Assembly: GCA_965214705.1 (NCBI GenBank)
Contig: OZ243972.1
Location: forward strand, 2,624,001-2,688,000
Origin: Alphaproteobacteria bacterium
GTDB taxonomy: Bacteria; Pseudomonadota; Alphaproteobacteria; UBA828
Reading direction: 5' to 3'
DNA: 64,000 nt
Below the pieces are notes generated by a model. It was not told the origin of the DNA, did not search any database, and saw nothing but the letters and a program-made list of their open reading frames with translations. Below, piece after piece: positions 18,217 through 29,437 of the stretch (its first letter is position 1; each line of letters starts with the position of its first letter). The position numbers and the translations under genes are program-made.

Positions 18217-19413
18217 ATGTCCCCAACGAACGAGACCGCCGCGCCGGTCAACGCAGAGCATAGCACGCTGTACGTTGCCATCGAGATCAGCGGAAAGAGC
18301 TGGGTGGTGGGAGTGAAGAGCCCTGCCAGTGATCGGATCGGGCTGCATTCACTGGGGCCAGTGGACGCGGCGACGGTCGAAGGGCTCAAGGAATTGATCG
18401 AGAAGCAGCGAGCCAAGGCTGAACAGGCTCTCGGCCGAGAGGTGCGTGTTCTGTGTTGCTACGAGGCGGGCTACCAGGGCTTCTGGCTTGTGCGCTGGTT
18501 AGATCAGGAGATGTCCATTGAGACAGTGGTGCTCGATCCGGCGAGTCTGCTGGTGAACCGAAAAGCGAAGCAGCGCAAGACGGATCGGATCGATGCGAAG
18601 AAGATGGTGCGCGCGCTACTGGCGCACGACCGAGGCGACGCTGCAGTGCTGAGCCGGGTGCGGGTGCCGAGCGTGGAGGAAGAGGACCGCAAGCGCCTGC
18701 TTCGTGAGCGTCGGCGGCTGGTGAAAGAGCGGACCTCACTGACGAACTCGATCAAAGGGCTGCTCAAGCTGCAAGGGGTCTTCGACCTGGCCCCCCGAGC
18801 CAAGGAGTTCGAGGAGGAGTTCGCGGAAGTGGTGACCGCGTACGGCTCACCGTTCCCGCCGCGGGCGCGTAAGGAGATCGAGCGGCTCAAGGAGAGGTTG
18901 TCCTTGGTGGAACGACAGCTCGCAGATGTCGAGGCCGAGCGCGACGCGGTCGCACGGTCGGGAGCCGACCTCCCGATCACGGATGTCTCGGAGGGGAGCG
19001 ATAAACAGGCGGCGGCGAAGATCGCAACGCTGGCCCGGCTCAAGGGGATCGGCAAAAACGATGCGACCCTGCTCACCAATGAGATTTTCTATCGCGACTT
19101 CCGAAACCGCCGCGAACTCGCGAGCTGGGTCGGCCTGGCGCCAACCCCGTGGGCGAGCGGTGACACGCACCGAGACCAAGGGATCGGCCGAGATGGCCCT
19201 GGCTGGGTCCGATCTCAACTCATCGAAATGGCGTGGCGCTGGCTGCGCCATCAGCCCGATAGTGCACTTAGCGAGTGGTTCGAAAAGCGCACTGCTGGCG
19301 GGCGCGGGCGCATCCGTCGAGTGATGGTTGTAGCACTTGCCCGGAAGCTGCTCATCGCCTTGTGGCGGTTCTCTGAAACCGGTCTCGTGCCGACGGGCGC
19401 CAGGATCGCCTGA
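18217..19413 (+). CDS. IS110-family recombinase (398 aa)
   Basis: RuvC-like DEDD variant (VAIEIS, CYEAG, KTDRIDA) and serine motif GLAPTPWASG; AGGAGA RBS. Confidence 0.94.
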   Translation: MSPTNETAAPVNAEHSTLYVAIEISGKSWVVGVKSPASDRIGLHSLGPVDAATVEGLKELIEKQRAKAEQALGREVRVLCCYEAGYQGFWLVRWLDQEMSIETVVLDPASLLVNRKAKQRKTDRIDAKKMVRALLAHDRGDAAVLSRVRVPSVEEEDRKRLLRERRRLVKERTSLTNSIKGLLKLQGVFDLAPRAKEFEEEFAEVVTAYGSPFPPRARKEIERLKERLSLVERQLADVEAERDAVARSGADLPITDVSEGSDKQAAAKIATLARLKGIGKNDATLLTNEIFYRDFRNRRELASWVGLAPTPWASGDTHRDQGIGRDGPGWVRSQLIEMAWRWLRHQPDSALSEWFEKRTAGGRGRIRRVMVVALARKLLIALWRFSETGLVPTGARIA

Positions 19414-19726
19414 ATCGTGAGACCGTTCCGTTCTTGCGTCAGCCGGACGCGGCCGGCGCTGGGCCGGGTGGCGTGTGGCCGGAGAACTGGCGGGCTGAAA
19501 GACGCCGACCTTCAGATGGGCCCCGCCTCCGGAACGCTGTGCCCGCAGCAAGCGGGATTGTGGGATGGAGCCAGCGTCTCGCCGCTGGCAACCGCCCGGA
19601 TAAGAGTTGGGTACGCGCAAAGCCGTGTGACCGGTGCAACAAGCGTTCCGATCTGGCAAGAGTAGCCGCCGATCCTGCGAACCCAGGGAGGCCGACACAT
19701 GTGGTAGCTGGTTCTGAATTTCTTGT
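19414..19726 (+). ncRNA. Putative bridge/seek RNA region of IS110-A
   Basis: Contains GAACTGGC and CCTTCAG (match the two target flanks) and ATAAGAG (matches its own end) within stem-flanked loops. Boundaries are approximate. Confidence 0.72.
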
Positions 19727-19970
19727 TTGACATTCTACAGCCCCATAAGAGCCAGTTCGGTCCTGCGCGGTTCAGCATCACCGTGGCGGCCTGATAGAGC
19801 GCCGTGCGCAGAGTTGCGTCGCCGCACTTCGTGATTCCGCCGACAATATCTCGTTCGCCGGATTGGTCCCGTCCCGGCGTCAGCCCCACCCAGGGGCCGA
19901 CATCCTTCGATCTTCGGAACCGATCGGGATCGTCAATCGCCGACATGAAGGTCAGCGCCACTGCGGCTAA

Positions 19971-20063
19971 TACGGTCTGACGGGGAACAGCAAACGTCTC
20001 AGCGGCTTCCGCTACTGGGTCATCCGCCACGGGCGCAAGGCGCTCGCGCGCCGCAGCCGCTAG
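19971..20063 (+). pseudogene. Short relic of group II intron maturase domain X
   Basis: YGLTGNSKRLSGFRYWVIRHGRKALARRSR*, which parallels the domain X seen in the 1240-1920 fragment. Confidence 0.6.
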
Positions 20064-21709
20064 CCCGGATTTCTCACGAGCGTCCATCGTTGGGTTGTTT
20101 GGTGTTTGTCGTGGGTTTGGTTAGAGAGTTGCGGTGTGGGCCGGGTAATGGCGCAGGAGTGGCGGTGGCGCCGGGGGCGCGGTTGAGGCTGGAGCGGGTT
20201 TTTGGTTGTTGGCGGGAGGGTGGCAGCGGGCCTGAGGCTCGGCTCAGGTGCATAATCGGGCGTGAGCACGTGCGAACTCGGGCGCGTGGGGTGCGCTTGA
20301 GGCCATGGCGATGCGGATGCGGCGGGTACTCAGGCGGACCTGGGCGCCGATCTTCAGCAGCTTGAGGCGGATCGAGCCGCAGGTAGCGCGGGCAAGGCGA
20401 GTTCCGGCGAGCGCGATGCGCCTGAGCGCTGCGAGCAGCACGTAGGCCATGGCGGCGAACCAGAGACGGAGCTGGTTGGCGCGCATGGTCTGAGCCGAGG
20501 TGCGGTCGGCGAAGAGGTCGAGCTGGCACTCCTTGATGCGGTTCTCCATGTCGCCGCGGGCGCAGTAGAGGGTCTCGTAGAGTTCCCGCCGGTCGATGGC
20601 GGCCGCGCTCAGCGAGGTGACGACGAAGCGGGGGTTGGCGCGGCCCGGCATCCACTCCGCCTTGCCGACGACACGGCGCGGGCGCGACCAAGTCTTGCAC
20701 GTGCGGTAGCGGAACTCGGTGAACAGCCGCGCCGGCTGGCCGCTCTCCCGCGAGCGGGCTTCGGCCAGGTCCAGGGCCGGTTGCAGGCGGTCCGTGAGCC
20801 GCGGGTTCCGGGCGAGCCCGAAGACATAGTCCACCCCGTTCGCCTCGCACCAGGCCATCAGTCCCTCGCGGGCGAAGCCAGAGTCTGCGCGCAGCACGAT
20901 CTCGACGGCGGGCCAGCGGGCGCGGATGCGCGCGACGATGCGCGCCACCTCTTCGGCCGCGCCGGCGCTGGCGTCGATGTCGGCCCGCCTCAGCTTGGCG
21001 GCCAGCAGGTGATCGCCGCAGAAGATGTAGAGCGGCAGGTAGCAGTAGCAGTCGTAGTAGCCGTGGAAGAAGCGGCCTTCCTGATGGCCGTGCAGCGGGT
21101 CGTCGGTGGCGTCCAGATCGAGGACCAACCGCTCAGGGGCCTGCCCGTGGGCGTCGAGGAAGAGATCGACGAAGAGCGTCTCGATCGCCTCAGGCTCATG
21201 ACCGATCCGGCGATAGCGATGGGCGCCCGAAGGCGCGTGCTCCAGCCGGTTCAGCGTCGACTTGCCCGCAAGCGGCGCACAGCCCGCACGCCCGGCCTCC
21301 AAACGCCCCAGCACCACCCCCAGCACGGGGTCGTGGCGCAGCGCGTCGTGGTCGATCAAGTCCTCGTAGCCCAGCGCGATCCCGAACACCCGCTGGCCCA
21401 CCAGGGTGGCAACGTCGTGCACCACACGAGAGGCCGCGCGCCCGTCCGAGAAGCAGGCGGCGAAGCAATCCACCAGTCCGATCGCCCGGTCCGTGGCGCC
21501 CAGCAGCAGGGCGCCCGCGTCCGAGGTCATCACCCCGCCGCCGAAGTCGGCCACCACATCACGCCCGTTCAGGCGTGCAAACTGCATCGCGGGCGGGCTA
21601 CACTCTGCAGGCATCGGGGAACTCCTCTGCAGCCGGTGAAGTCTTTGTTGCAGAAGAACTTTCTCACGAGCAGAGCCCCGATGCACACCATACTCGTGAG
21701 AAATCCGGG
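20064..21709 (-). mobile_element. IS1380-family element, complete
   Basis: 17-bp perfect terminal repeat CCCGGATTTCTCACGAG; CTAG duplicated at 20060-20063 and 21710-21713. Confidence 0.93.
20244..21614 (-). CDS. IS1380-family transposase
   Basis: TSDAGALLL, LDLDATDDPLHGHQEG, LRADSGF, YCARGDMENRIKE. Confidence 0.95.
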   Translation of the reverse strand: MPAECSPPAMQFARLNGRDVVADFGGGVMTSDAGALLLGATDRAIGLVDCFAACFSDGRAASRVVHDVATLVGQRVFGIALGYEDLIDHDALRHDPVLGVVLGRLEAGRAGCAPLAGKSTLNRLEHAPSGAHRYRRIGHEPEAIETLFVDLFLDAHGQAPERLVLDLDATDDPLHGHQEGRFFHGYYDCYCYLPLYIFCGDHLLAAKLRRADIDASAGAAEEVARIVARIRARWPAVEIVLRADSGFAREGLMAWCEANGVDYVFGLARNPRLTDRLQPALDLAEARSRESGQPARLFTEFRYRTCKTWSRPRRVVGKAEWMPGRANPRFVVTSLSAAAIDRRELYETLYCARGDMENRIKECQLDLFADRTSAQTMRANQLRLWFAAMAYVLLAALRRIALAGTRLARATCGSIRLKLLKIGAQVRLSTRRIRIAMASSAPHAPEFARAHARLCT

Positions 21710-21713
21710 CTAG

Positions 21714-22064
21714 CATCGAGGTGGCGCGCATGACGGCCCGCCCTGGTCGATCTCTTCTGCCGCAGCTTCGCGGCCCCACCTGCCGCCATCACGCTGGATA
21801 TCGACGATACCTGCGATGCCGTGCACGGCCACCAGCAGCTCTCGCTCTTTCATGCCCACCACGACACGCGCTGCTTCCTCCCCGTCCACGTCTACCAATC
21901 CGCTCACCAGCGCTGAGTTCACCACTCTCAGGTTACGCCTGTTCAAGATCGTCGCCCGCGTCGTCGAAAAGGTTACACACATCCAAATCCACTCCGCCTC
22001 GCCCTGTCCCGACACCGCCCTCTTCCGCCTGCTCGCAGGTCGCCTCTCCGCAGCAAGCCCCTGA
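21714..22064 (+). pseudogene. Internally deleted IS1380-family transposase relic
   Basis: ITLDIDDTCDAVHGHQQLSLFHAHHDTRCFLPVHVY joined to the C-terminal AEFTTLRLRLFKIVARVVE...SPCPD. Confidence 0.78.
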
Positions 22065-22411
22065 TCACCGGAGCGGCGTGCCCCGCGACCCCGAACCCTC
22101 TCAACCCCCAACTCGGACACAACGAGCCCCAAATGCCGGCGCCACGGAGCGCTGCAGGACAATTGCGCGCGGCTAACCAGCGCCCTCAACCGCACGGGTA
22201 CCTCGAAAAGATCGGAATAAGTTGCGCAGGGACGCGGTCGACACGAACCACGGTGAGACCGGGCACCGCTGTGCAGGTTCCCTCCGGACCATGGTGCGGT
22301 GCACGGTGCGGGGCGGGTGCGGCATCATCGCGGCATGGGGTGCTTGAACGAACGTGCTGCGGCTGGCGTCGGCGCCAAAGATGTCCGGGCCGGGCGGCTG
22401 TCCCGCGGAAA

Positions 22412-22498
22412 CCCACTTGTCCCACCTAATCCCACCTATCCCACTTACGCCGCTTATCCCGCTTATCCCGCGTATCCCACTTATCCCGCCGAATCCCG
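22412..22498. repeat. Degenerate 9-10 bp tandem repeat, consensus CCCRCTTAT, about 9 copies
   Basis: cccacttgt cccacctaat cccacctat cccacttac gccgcttat cccgcttat cccgcgtat cccacttat cccgccgaat. Confidence 0.85.
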
Positions 22499-22696
22499 GT
22501 CGTCCGTCTCACCGGGCGCCCGCGGGCGGTGCCTCCGTACCTGTCGCGGGCGTCGCCACCATGGCGGTGAGCCGGCCCGAAATCTCCCGCAGGCGACGCC
22601 ACTGCTGGTAGTAGAGGGGAAGCGACATCACCGCTCATCGCATGAGCCTCGGACTGTGGATTGGGACGATCGGAGGCGATCGGGCGGGGCGGGCGC

Positions 22697-24640
22697 CTAC
22701 TCGAATGCCGGGAGCCGGGCAAGGAGCTGCGCGATCTCGGCATCGCTCACCTGCGCCGGGCGGTACCAGGACCGTTCCGACGCGCTCACGATCTTCTGCC
22801 GCTCCGCCGGCACATCGGGAACGAAGCCGATCCAGAGCTCGCTCATCTCGTCCGTGGTCTCCCAGCCCCAGGTCACGGTCTGGGGTTCGACCGCCGGGTT
22901 CTGCGGGTTGTCCGCCGTGTTGTCGTAGCGCACCCAGGCGTCGATGCGGCTGCCCGCCGGCAGATGGACCGGCTCGCGGTAGGCGAAGGTGTTCTGCCAG
23001 CGAAAGTCCCAGTCGGCGATGCGGATGAGCGGCTTCTCGCTGCCGTCGGGCAGGGTCGCGATGGCGATGAACTCGCGGCCGAGGAAGTGCATGTGCGGGG
23101 TGACGTCGGTCAGCGCCATGCCGGACGGGACGTCCATGGAGAAGCGCCGCCAGTAGTTCTCCTCGCCCGGCAGAATGCGCAGGTTCTGGGTGCCGATGAC
23201 CACGCCATCGACGTAGCGGCTGACCGGCTCCCTGGCGAAATAGAAGCCCACCTCGCTCCGGTCGGTGGTGGCCTTGCCGTTCAGGTGATAGTGCACCTCC
23301 AGCACCAGGTCCCCGCCCCTGGGCAGCCACATGCCCAGCCCCTTGTCGAGGACGTAAGGCTCGACGCCGGGTGCCCAGCCTCCGATGCCCCAGGCGTTGT
23401 AGTCGAGGAACGCCCCGGTGCCGAAGACGGAGAAGCCCGGCTCCGCGTCCTTCGCATCCGCCGCCCTGGCGCGCCCGCTGTAGTCCATGAGGTAGTTGGC
23501 GTGATGCACCACCTTGGCATCGCCGGGGCTGAATTCGAGCGCTGCCACCACCTTGTCCTCGGCGAAGCCGGTGGGGATGACGAAGTAGCGATAGATGTCG
23601 TCGCCGTCCGCCGGAACCTGGAAGGGCTCGGTCATGCTGAGCACCAGGTCGGGCTCGCCCAATTGCCACTTCGAGCTGGAGCGGACGGAGGCCGGCATGG
23701 CGTCGCCCGCCTCGCCCAGCCGGGCGCCGTTCTCCGACCATGATGCGAGCAGCGATATCTGGTGGTCGCTGAGGCGGCGCGCGTCGCGGAACGCGCCGAA
23801 GCCGGGCACCGCGCGCCACGGAGGCATCAGGCGCTCGCCGGCCATGAAGGAGACCATGCGGTGCCAGCGCTTCGCGTTGTCGTAGCCCTCGAGGGAGAAG
23901 GGGGCGATGCCGCCCTGCCGGTGGCATTCGACGCAGTTGGCCTCCAGCAGCGGGGCGATGTGGTGGTTGTAGGTGACTTCGTCGAGGCCTGTGCGGTTGG
24001 CGCCCGCCCGGTTCCAGTCGTGGTGGAAGCATCCGATGGCCTCGGTGGCGTAGGGTTCCGGCTGGCCGCCGTCCGCCATCGCCTCGATGACGGTGCGCAG
24101 GTCGTGCGAGGAGATTCGCGTGCGCAGCCTGCCCACGGCGGCGAAGCGATCGTCGATGCGGCCCCGGTAGACGACGCGGTCGGCGGTGGAGATCACGAAG
24201 GCCTCCGACATGACGCGGGGGCCGAGGCGGTGCGCCAGGTCGCCGGTGCTGTCCAGGATGACCGGGAACGCGATGCCGAACTCGTCCACGAAATCCGCGC
24301 TCTGGCGCCAGGTGATGTCCGGGTTCGACAGGACGCCATAGAGCGCCACGCCATTCGCGCGCGCTTCGGCGTGGAGCGCGTTGAGCGTCGGCACGTAGCG
24401 CGTGGCGACGGGGCAGGCGGTATCGAGGAAGACCAGGACTGCCGGCTGCACCGCCCCTGCGGAGACGCCGATGCGGTGGTGGTGGCCTTTCACGTCGGTC
24501 ACGCGGACCCCGATCAGATCCACCTCATCGCCTGGTCCCGGCGAGGCGGCGATAGTCATCGCCGGTGCTGCGACCATCAGGCAGGAGAGAACGAACAGGA
24601 CGCGAAGTCGCGTCGCGGTGGCGGTCATCGCGGTCATCAT
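22697..24640 (-). CDS. Secreted fusion of redoxin, CxxCH heme-c and copper type II (PHM/DBH-like) monooxygenase domains
   Basis: Signal peptide; ACPVA redoxin; NCVECH; VVHHANY; LEVHYH; PHMHFLG; WDFRWQ; DEMSELW. Confidence 0.82.
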   Translation of the reverse strand: MMTAMTATATRLRVLFVLSCLMVAAPAMTIAASPGPGDEVDLIGVRVTDVKGHHHRIGVSAGAVQPAVLVFLDTACPVATRYVPTLNALHAEARANGVALYGVLSNPDITWRQSADFVDEFGIAFPVILDSTGDLAHRLGPRVMSEAFVISTADRVVYRGRIDDRFAAVGRLRTRISSHDLRTVIEAMADGGQPEPYATEAIGCFHHDWNRAGANRTGLDEVTYNHHIAPLLEANCVECHRQGGIAPFSLEGYDNAKRWHRMVSFMAGERLMPPWRAVPGFGAFRDARRLSDHQISLLASWSENGARLGEAGDAMPASVRSSSKWQLGEPDLVLSMTEPFQVPADGDDIYRYFVIPTGFAEDKVVAALEFSPGDAKVVHHANYLMDYSGRARAADAKDAEPGFSVFGTGAFLDYNAWGIGGWAPGVEPYVLDKGLGMWLPRGGDLVLEVHYHLNGKATTDRSEVGFYFAREPVSRYVDGVVIGTQNLRILPGEENYWRRFSMDVPSGMALTDVTPHMHFLGREFIAIATLPDGSEKPLIRIADWDFRWQNTFAYREPVHLPAGSRIDAWVRYDNTADNPQNPAVEPQTVTWGWETTDEMSELWIGFVPDVPAERQKIVSASERSWYRPAQVSDAEIAQLLARLPAFE

Positions 24641-25188
24641 GAACCCAATCCTTCGAGCAATGTGCGAAGCGCCAGGTCGGCCGCGTGCGCGGGCGCCAGA
24701 TTTCCCGCCGCGACTTCCGACCAGGCAAGCCAGACCTGTGCATCGATGTTGACGACCGCCCAGCTGCGCGGCACGTCGGCGGCGATCACGCCTTCCGCCT
24801 TGAGGTCGTCCACCAGGTGCCCGAGCCAGTCGAGCTCCTCGGCGTACCGCTTGCGCACGGCCTCGTCGTCGACGGCCTCGGAGACCAGAAAGTGGTAGCG
24901 ATCGCCGAGCGGGATCACCGCTTCCAGCATGCGCGAGAGGCGCTCCTGTGCCGAGCGTGCGTCCTGGAGCGCTTCGACGGTCGCGGCGTCGATCTCGTCC
25001 ATGCACTGCCTGGAGGCGGCGGCGATGAGATCGCCACGAGAGGAGAAATGGCGGTGCAGGCTCGCCCGGCCGACTCCGGCGCGGCTCGCGATCTCGGAGA
25101 GGGATGCGCCCGGATTGCGCGCAAGCGTGTCGATGGCCGCATCGAGTACGGCCTGTCGTGTCGAGGGTCTGAGAGGTCGTTCGGGCAT
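24637..25188 (-). CDS. TetR-family regulator
   Basis: ASLSEIASRAGVGRASLHRHFSSR helix-turn-helix; 4-bp overlap with the downstream gene. Confidence 0.92.
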   Translation of the reverse strand: MPERPLRPSTRQAVLDAAIDTLARNPGASLSEIASRAGVGRASLHRHFSSRGDLIAAASRQCMDEIDAATVEALQDARSAQERLSRMLEAVIPLGDRYHFLVSEAVDDEAVRKRYAEELDWLGHLVDDLKAEGVIAADVPRSWAVVNIDAQVWLAWSEVAAGNLAPAHAADLALRTLLEGLGS

Positions 25189-25192
25189 GGCT

Positions 25193-25216
25193 ATGTGATA
25201 CAATATTGTCTCATAT
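25193..25216. promoter_or_regulatory. Putative TetR operator
   Basis: Imperfect 24-bp palindrome ATGTGATACAATATTGTCTCATAT, 5 bp upstream of the tetR start. Confidence 0.7.
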
Positions 25217-25313
25217 GAGGCAATGTTCAATACCTCGCGCCGCGCCCTCCTCGCGGCGTGGCGTGATAGGATCGCGCGCCTCGACGCCAACCACGATCCC
25301 AGGTGCCCGGTCC

Positions 25314-26651
<1,338 letters not shown>

Positions 26652-26682
26652 AGGCGCAAGCGGACCACGGGGGAGCGGCAGG

Positions 26683-27882
26683 ATGACGCGGGCCTATATC
26701 GTCGGCACCCTCGACACCAAGGGCGCGGAGCTGCTCTACGTCCGCGATCTGCTCGCGGCGGATGGCGTGCAGGCCTGCGTCGTGGACGTGGGCACCGGCG
26801 GCAGCGCGCGGCCGGCCGGCGTGGACGTGAGCGCGGCCGAGGTCGCGGCCCATCATCCGGACGGCGCCGATGCGGTGCTGAGCTTGGACGACCGCGGCCA
26901 GGCGGTCACCGCCATGGGCGAGGCGCTGGCGCGCTTCCTGCCCACGCGCGATGACATCGGCGGGGTGATCGGGGCAGGGGGCTCCGGCAACACCGCGCTG
27001 GTTTCCATCGGGATGCAGGCGCTCCCCATCGGGGTGCCGCGGGTGGTGGTCTCCACCGTCGCGTCGGGCAACGTCGCGCCCTACGTCGGACCCAACGACA
27101 TCACCATGATGTACTCGGTGGTGGACATCGCCGGGCTCAACCGAATTTCGCGGGTGGTGCTCGCCAACGCGGCCCACGCGCTCGCCGGCATGATGCGGGG
27201 GGAGGCGCCGGCGGCCGAGGACAAGCCCGCCATCGGGCTCACCATGTTCGGCGTCACTACGCCCTGCGTGGATCAGGTCCGCACGGCGCTCGAGGGGCGC
27301 TACGACTGCCTGGTCTTCCACGCGACCGGGACCGGCGGACGCTCAATGGAGAAGCTGGTCGATTCGGGCCTGGTGCTGGGCTGCATCGACAGCACCACGA
27401 CCGAGGTCTGCGACCACCTCATGGGCGGCGTCTTCAGCGCGGGCGGGGACCGGCTCGGCGCCTTCGCGCGGACCGGCCTGCCCTACGTGGGCTCGTGCGG
27501 GGCGCTCGACATGGTGAACTTCGGTGCGCGTGAGACCGTGCCGGCGCAGTACGAAGGCCGCACCTTCCACATCCACAATCCCAACGTGACGCTCATGCGG
27601 ACGACGCCCGACGAAAACCGAGCCATGGGCGAATGGATCGGCGCCAGGCTCAACGCCTGTGAGGGGCCGGTGCGATTCCTGATCCCGGAGCAGGGGGTTT
27701 CGCTGATCGACGCACCGGGGATGCCGTTCCACGACCCCGACGCCGACGCGGCGCTCTTCGAGGCGCTGGAGCGGACGGTCGAGCAGACCGACGCGCGGCG
27801 CCTGATCCGCCTGCCGCTCCACATCAACGACGACGATTTCGCCCGGGCTCTGGTCGAGTGCTGGAACGAGATCGCCGCCTGA
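26683..27882 (+). CDS. Tm-1-like ATP-binding domain protein (UPF0261)
   Basis: [48 protein letters not shown]. Confidence 0.92.
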   Translation: MTRAYIVGTLDTKGAELLYVRDLLAADGVQACVVDVGTGGSARPAGVDVSAAEVAAHHPDGADAVLSLDDRGQAVTAMGEALARFLPTRDDIGGVIGAGGSGNTALVSIGMQALPIGVPRVVVSTVASGNVAPYVGPNDITMMYSVVDIAGLNRISRVVLANAAHALAGMMRGEAPAAEDKPAIGLTMFGVTTPCVDQVRTALEGRYDCLVFHATGTGGRSMEKLVDSGLVLGCIDSTTTEVCDHLMGGVFSAGGDRLGAFARTGLPYVGSCGALDMVNFGARETVPAQYEGRTFHIHNPNVTLMRTTPDENRAMGEWIGARLNACEGPVRFLIPEQGVSLIDAPGMPFHDPDADAALFEALERTVEQTDARRLIRLPLHINDDDFARALVECWNEIAA

Positions 27883-27904
27883 GCCGGACACAGGGAGGCC
27901 GACA

Positions 27905-28735
27905 GTGCCGGGCATGGATCGCCGCACGCTGCTGGACAAGTTTCACGGCATGGTTGCCCGCCGCGAGCCGATCATCGGCGGCGGTGCGGGCACCGGGCTC
28001 TCGGCCAAGTGCGAGGAGGCGGGCGGTATCGACCTCATCGTGATCTACAACTCGGGCCGCTACCGCATGGCGGGCCGGGGCTCGCTCGCGGGCCTGCTCG
28101 CCTACGGCAACGCCAACGAGATCGTGAAGGAGATGGCGAGCGAAGTGATCCCCGTGGTCAGCCGCACGCCGGTGCTGGCCGGGGTGAACGGCACCGACCC
28201 CTTCATGGTGCTCGACCGCTTCCTGGACGAGCTCAAGGCGCTGGGGTTCGCGGGCGTGCAGAACTTCCCGACCGTGGGGCTGATCGACGGCGTCTTCCGC
28301 GCCAACCTGGAAGAGACCGGCATGGGCTACGGCCTGGAGGTTGACATGATCCGCGCGGCCCACGAGGCCGACCTGCTCACAACGCCCTACGTCTTCTCGG
28401 AGGACGACGCGGTCGCCATGGCGGACGCCGGCGCCGACATCATCGTCTGCCACATGGGGCTCACCACCAGCGGCACCATCGGCGCGCAGACCGCGAAGTC
28501 GCTGGAAGAGTGCGTGGCGTTGATCGACGCGTGGGCGCTCGCGGCCAAGGCTGTGCGGGAGGACGTGATCGTGCTCTGCCACGGCGGCCCCATCGCCTCG
28601 CCCGAGGACGCCACGCATGTGCTGCAGAACGCGGAGCATGTCCACGGCTTCTACGGTGCGAGCAGCATGGAGCGCCTGCCCACCGAGGTCGCCATGACCG
28701 CGCAGACCAAGGCCTTCAAGGACATCAGCTTCTGA
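27905..28735 (+). CDS. TIM-barrel protein, phosphoenolpyruvate hydrolase-like (partner of UPF0261)
   Basis: [47 protein letters not shown]. Confidence 0.92.
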   Translation: MPGMDRRTLLDKFHGMVARREPIIGGGAGTGLSAKCEEAGGIDLIVIYNSGRYRMAGRGSLAGLLAYGNANEIVKEMASEVIPVVSRTPVLAGVNGTDPFMVLDRFLDELKALGFAGVQNFPTVGLIDGVFRANLEETGMGYGLEVDMIRAAHEADLLTTPYVFSEDDAVAMADAGADIIVCHMGLTTSGTIGAQTAKSLEECVALIDAWALAAKAVREDVIVLCHGGPIASPEDATHVLQNAEHVHGFYGASSMERLPTEVAMTAQTKAFKDISF

Positions 28736-28747
28736 GGCGCGGCGGCC

Positions 28748-29437
28748 TTACACGCCCAGGTATCTGTCCGTCAGTGCGGGTGTGAGGTCGGCGCTGGCGC
28801 CGGACCAGCAGGTCGCGCCTTTCTCCAGGATGACGCAGCGCTCGGCGACGGCCGTGAGTTCCTTGAGCGACTTGTCGACGACGAGGATGGAGAGACCGGC
28901 CTCTTTGAGGCGGGCAATCACCGACCAGATTTCCCGGCGGATGAGCGGCCCGAGCCCCTCCGTCGCCTCGTCCAGGATCAGCAGCCGGGGGTTGGTCATC
29001 AGCGCCCGGCCGATGGCGAGCATCTGTTGCTCGCCGCCGGAGAGCGTGTTGGCCTTCTGATTGCGGCGCTCCGCGAGCTGGGGGAAGAGCGCGATCACCC
29101 GCTCCTCGTTCCAGTGGCCGGGCCGGGCGGCAGCCGTGAGGTTCTCGCGCACCGTCAGCGTCGGGAAGCAGCGCCGGCCCTCCGGCACCAGCCCGAGGCC
29201 GAGCCAGGCCGCCCGGTGCGAGGGCAGGCGCGCGAGGTCGCGGCCGGCGAAGGCGATGCGGCCCTCGCGGTGCGGCATCATGCGGCAGATCGTGCGGATG
29301 GTCGTCGTCTTGCCCATGCCGTTGCGGCCCATGAGCGCAACGACCTCGCCTTCGCCGACGGCGAGGTCGACGCCGAAGAGCGCCTGCGAGGTGCCGTAGA
29401 AGGCGGTGACGCCCGCGACCTCAAGCAGCGCCGTCAT
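28748..29437 (-). CDS. Branched-chain-type ABC ATP-binding protein (LivF-like)
   Basis: GRNGMGKTT, LSGGEQQMLAIGRALM. Confidence 0.92.
   Translation of the reverse strand: MTALLEVAGVTAFYGTSQALFGVDLAVGEGEVVALMGRNGMGKTTTIRTICRMMPHREGRIAFAGRDLARLPSHRAAWLGLGLVPEGRRCFPTLTVRENLTAAARPGHWNEERVIALFPQLAERRNQKANTLSGGEQQMLAIGRALMTNPRLLILDEATEGLGPLIRREIWSVIARLKEAGLSILVVDKSLKELTAVAERCVILEKGATCWSGASADLTPALTDRYLGV

Larger units (their letters stand above)
18147..19751 (+). mobile_element. IS110/IS1111-family element A, complete
   Basis: Sub-terminal inverted repeats TATGGGGC (18151) / GCCCCATA (19740); AG core at both junctions (18145-18146, 19750-19751); TTGACA at 19727. Excision restores the ...NWLKGW... 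frame of element B. Confidence 0.92.
17543..19967 (-). mobile_element. IS110/IS1111-family element B (5'-truncated, interrupted by IS110-A)
   Basis: Transposase C-terminus in two pieces: 19967-19752 (IDDPDRFRRSKDVGPWVGLTPGRDQSGE...GITKCGD..LRTALYQAA...NW) and 18146-17988 (LKGWA...ATVALARRIGVVLHQMWRDGTEF). A ~440-nt 3' non-coding end finishes CTTGACGGGAAACGCCCCATTACAGAAG. Confidence 0.88.

Noticed and set aside
19727-19751. Complete junction promoter for the IS110-A circle
   Set aside because: TTGACA is present, but the hexamer 17 bp downstream across the junction would be AGATCC, a poor -10, so it is not called.
22412-22498. Possible CRISPR array
   Set aside because: The units are 9-10 bp and contiguous with no spacers, and there are no cas genes in the window.
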